A DNA stretch of 15,165 bases from Candidatus Iainarchaeum sp. (GTDB lineage Archaea; Iainarchaeota; Iainarchaeia; Iainarchaeales; DTGL01), in NCBI GenBank assembly GCA_038736825.1, contig JAVYME010000027.1, positions 1 to 15,165 of the forward strand, given 5' to 3'. The first letter of the stretch is position 1, and each line of letters starts with the position of its first letter. Below, piece after piece: positions 14,420 through 15,165 of this stretch. The notes below the pieces were generated by a model. That model was not told the DNA's origin. It did no database searches and saw only the letters and a list, made by a program, of their open reading frames with translations. The position numbers were made by a program, and so were the translations under genes.

Positions 14420-15165
14420 CTATTTTTCTCTTTTTCCAAAAATTTTGTCCTCTGCTTTCATTATAATCAGGGTAAGGATGATGAATACAATTGCGCCTAT
14501 TGCTATTCCGTCAAGTTCTTCTATTGTGAGAGGAACCACCCTGAAAAACTTGTTTAGCGGGGAATATATTACGCCGAGCTGGAGTGCAATTGATGCAAAC
14601 AATGCAATCCAAAGCCATTTGTTGCTGAAAATCTTTGTTCTAAAGGAAGCCCTCACAGTTTGAACTCTCACCATTTCAAATACAACGAAACAGGTAAATG
14701 CCGCGGTTTGCGCCCTTGCCATTTTTGCAGCAGTTTCTGTTTCAACAGAATTAAAGAATTCCAGCAAGAAAACCCCTATTATTACTGCAGCCATTGCAAT
14801 GCCAACTGTTAAAATAGAGAAAACCATTCTTTTGTCTATAATGCCTTCATCTTTTTTTCTCGGCTTTCTTTTCATTACAAATTCTGATTTTGGATCCAAA
14901 CCCATTGCGATTGCCGGCAAACCGTCCGTTAAAAGATTGATCCATAAAAGTTGTGCTGCTGTAAGGATTACTGCGCCCGGCCCAAAACTGATTGCCAGCG
15001 AGAGAAGCGTGAAAATGAAAACCGCCAGGACTTCTGCAGTGTTGGATGAAAGCAGGTAGTTGACAAATTTTTTAATGTTGTCAAATATTCCCCTTCCTTC
15101 TGCAACTGCGTCCCTTATTGTCACAAAATTGTCATCCAATAGCACTAAATCGCTTGTTTCCTTTG
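14420..15165 (-). CDS. P-type cation-transporting ATPase (type II-like), C-terminal membrane domain; 5' end beyond window
   Basis: The frame stays open to the window edge (KETSDLVLLDDNFVTIRDAVAEGRGIFDNIKKF...). The conserved segment AQLLWINLLTDGLPAIAMGLDP is followed by TM helices. Confidence 0.85.
   Translation of the reverse strand, partial: KETSDLVLLDDNFVTIRDAVAEGRGIFDNIKKFVNYLLSSNTAEVLAVFIFTLLSLAISFGPGAVILTAAQLLWINLLTDGLPAIAMGLDPKSEFVMKRKPRKKDEGIIDKRMVFSILTVGIAMAAVIIGVFLLEFFNSVETETAAKMARAQTAAFTCFVVFEMVRVQTVRASFRTKIFSNKWLWIALFASIALQLGVIYSPLNKFFRVVPLTIEELDGIAIGAIVFIILTLIIMKAEDKIFGKREK

Noticed and set aside
13979-14663. Plus-strand ORFs 13979-14374 and 14283-14663
   Set aside because: They are antisense to the nitroreductase and P-type ATPase genes, with low-complexity Phe/Leu-rich translations.
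1-15165. CRISPR arrays, rRNA genes, intact IS elements or integrases
   Set aside because: I saw no regularly spaced direct repeats and no rRNA-like conserved stretches. No ORFs carry transposase or recombinase catalytic motifs. The only repeats noted are short palindromes and the two permease paralogs.

Overview
AT-rich window that looks archaeal, probably from a small-genome or DPANN-like lineage. This is inferred from an intron-containing tRNA-Leu, oligo-T tracts after genes, TATA-like AT-rich upstream regions, ATGA start/stop overlaps and a Thermoplasma-type NAPRTase. Most of it is ordinary membrane and transport housekeeping. Left to right: 3' part of a Kef-type CPA2 antiporter with an RCK domain (+), a secreted lipoprotein (-), an MFS transporter (+), then a small accessory islet on the minus strand (3168-5733). 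After the islet: tRNA-Leu(UAG) with a 33-nt intron (-), a PhoU/DUF47-like gene coupled to a second CPA2 antiporter (-), a pncB-pncA NAD-salvage bicistron (+), and a surface protein with three CARDB-like domains followed by a permease-ATPase-permease MacB/FtsX-type ABC cluster (+). The window ends with a nitroreductase (-) and the 3' part of a P-type ATPase (-, truncated). The islet holds a 49-aa zinc-ribbon ORF missed by the ORF track, a minimal nucleotidyltransferase overlapping a 375-aa winged-helix protein, a 26-nt perfect palindrome at that operon's start, and a start-less HTH-like gene remnant. The best candidate for an undescribed system is the wHTH-protein / minimal-NTase bicistron with its palindromic operator beside the tRNA gene. 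It resembles AbiE and MNT-type toxin-antitoxin logic but fits neither canonical architecture. All family assignments come from motif reading by eye; no database search was run.
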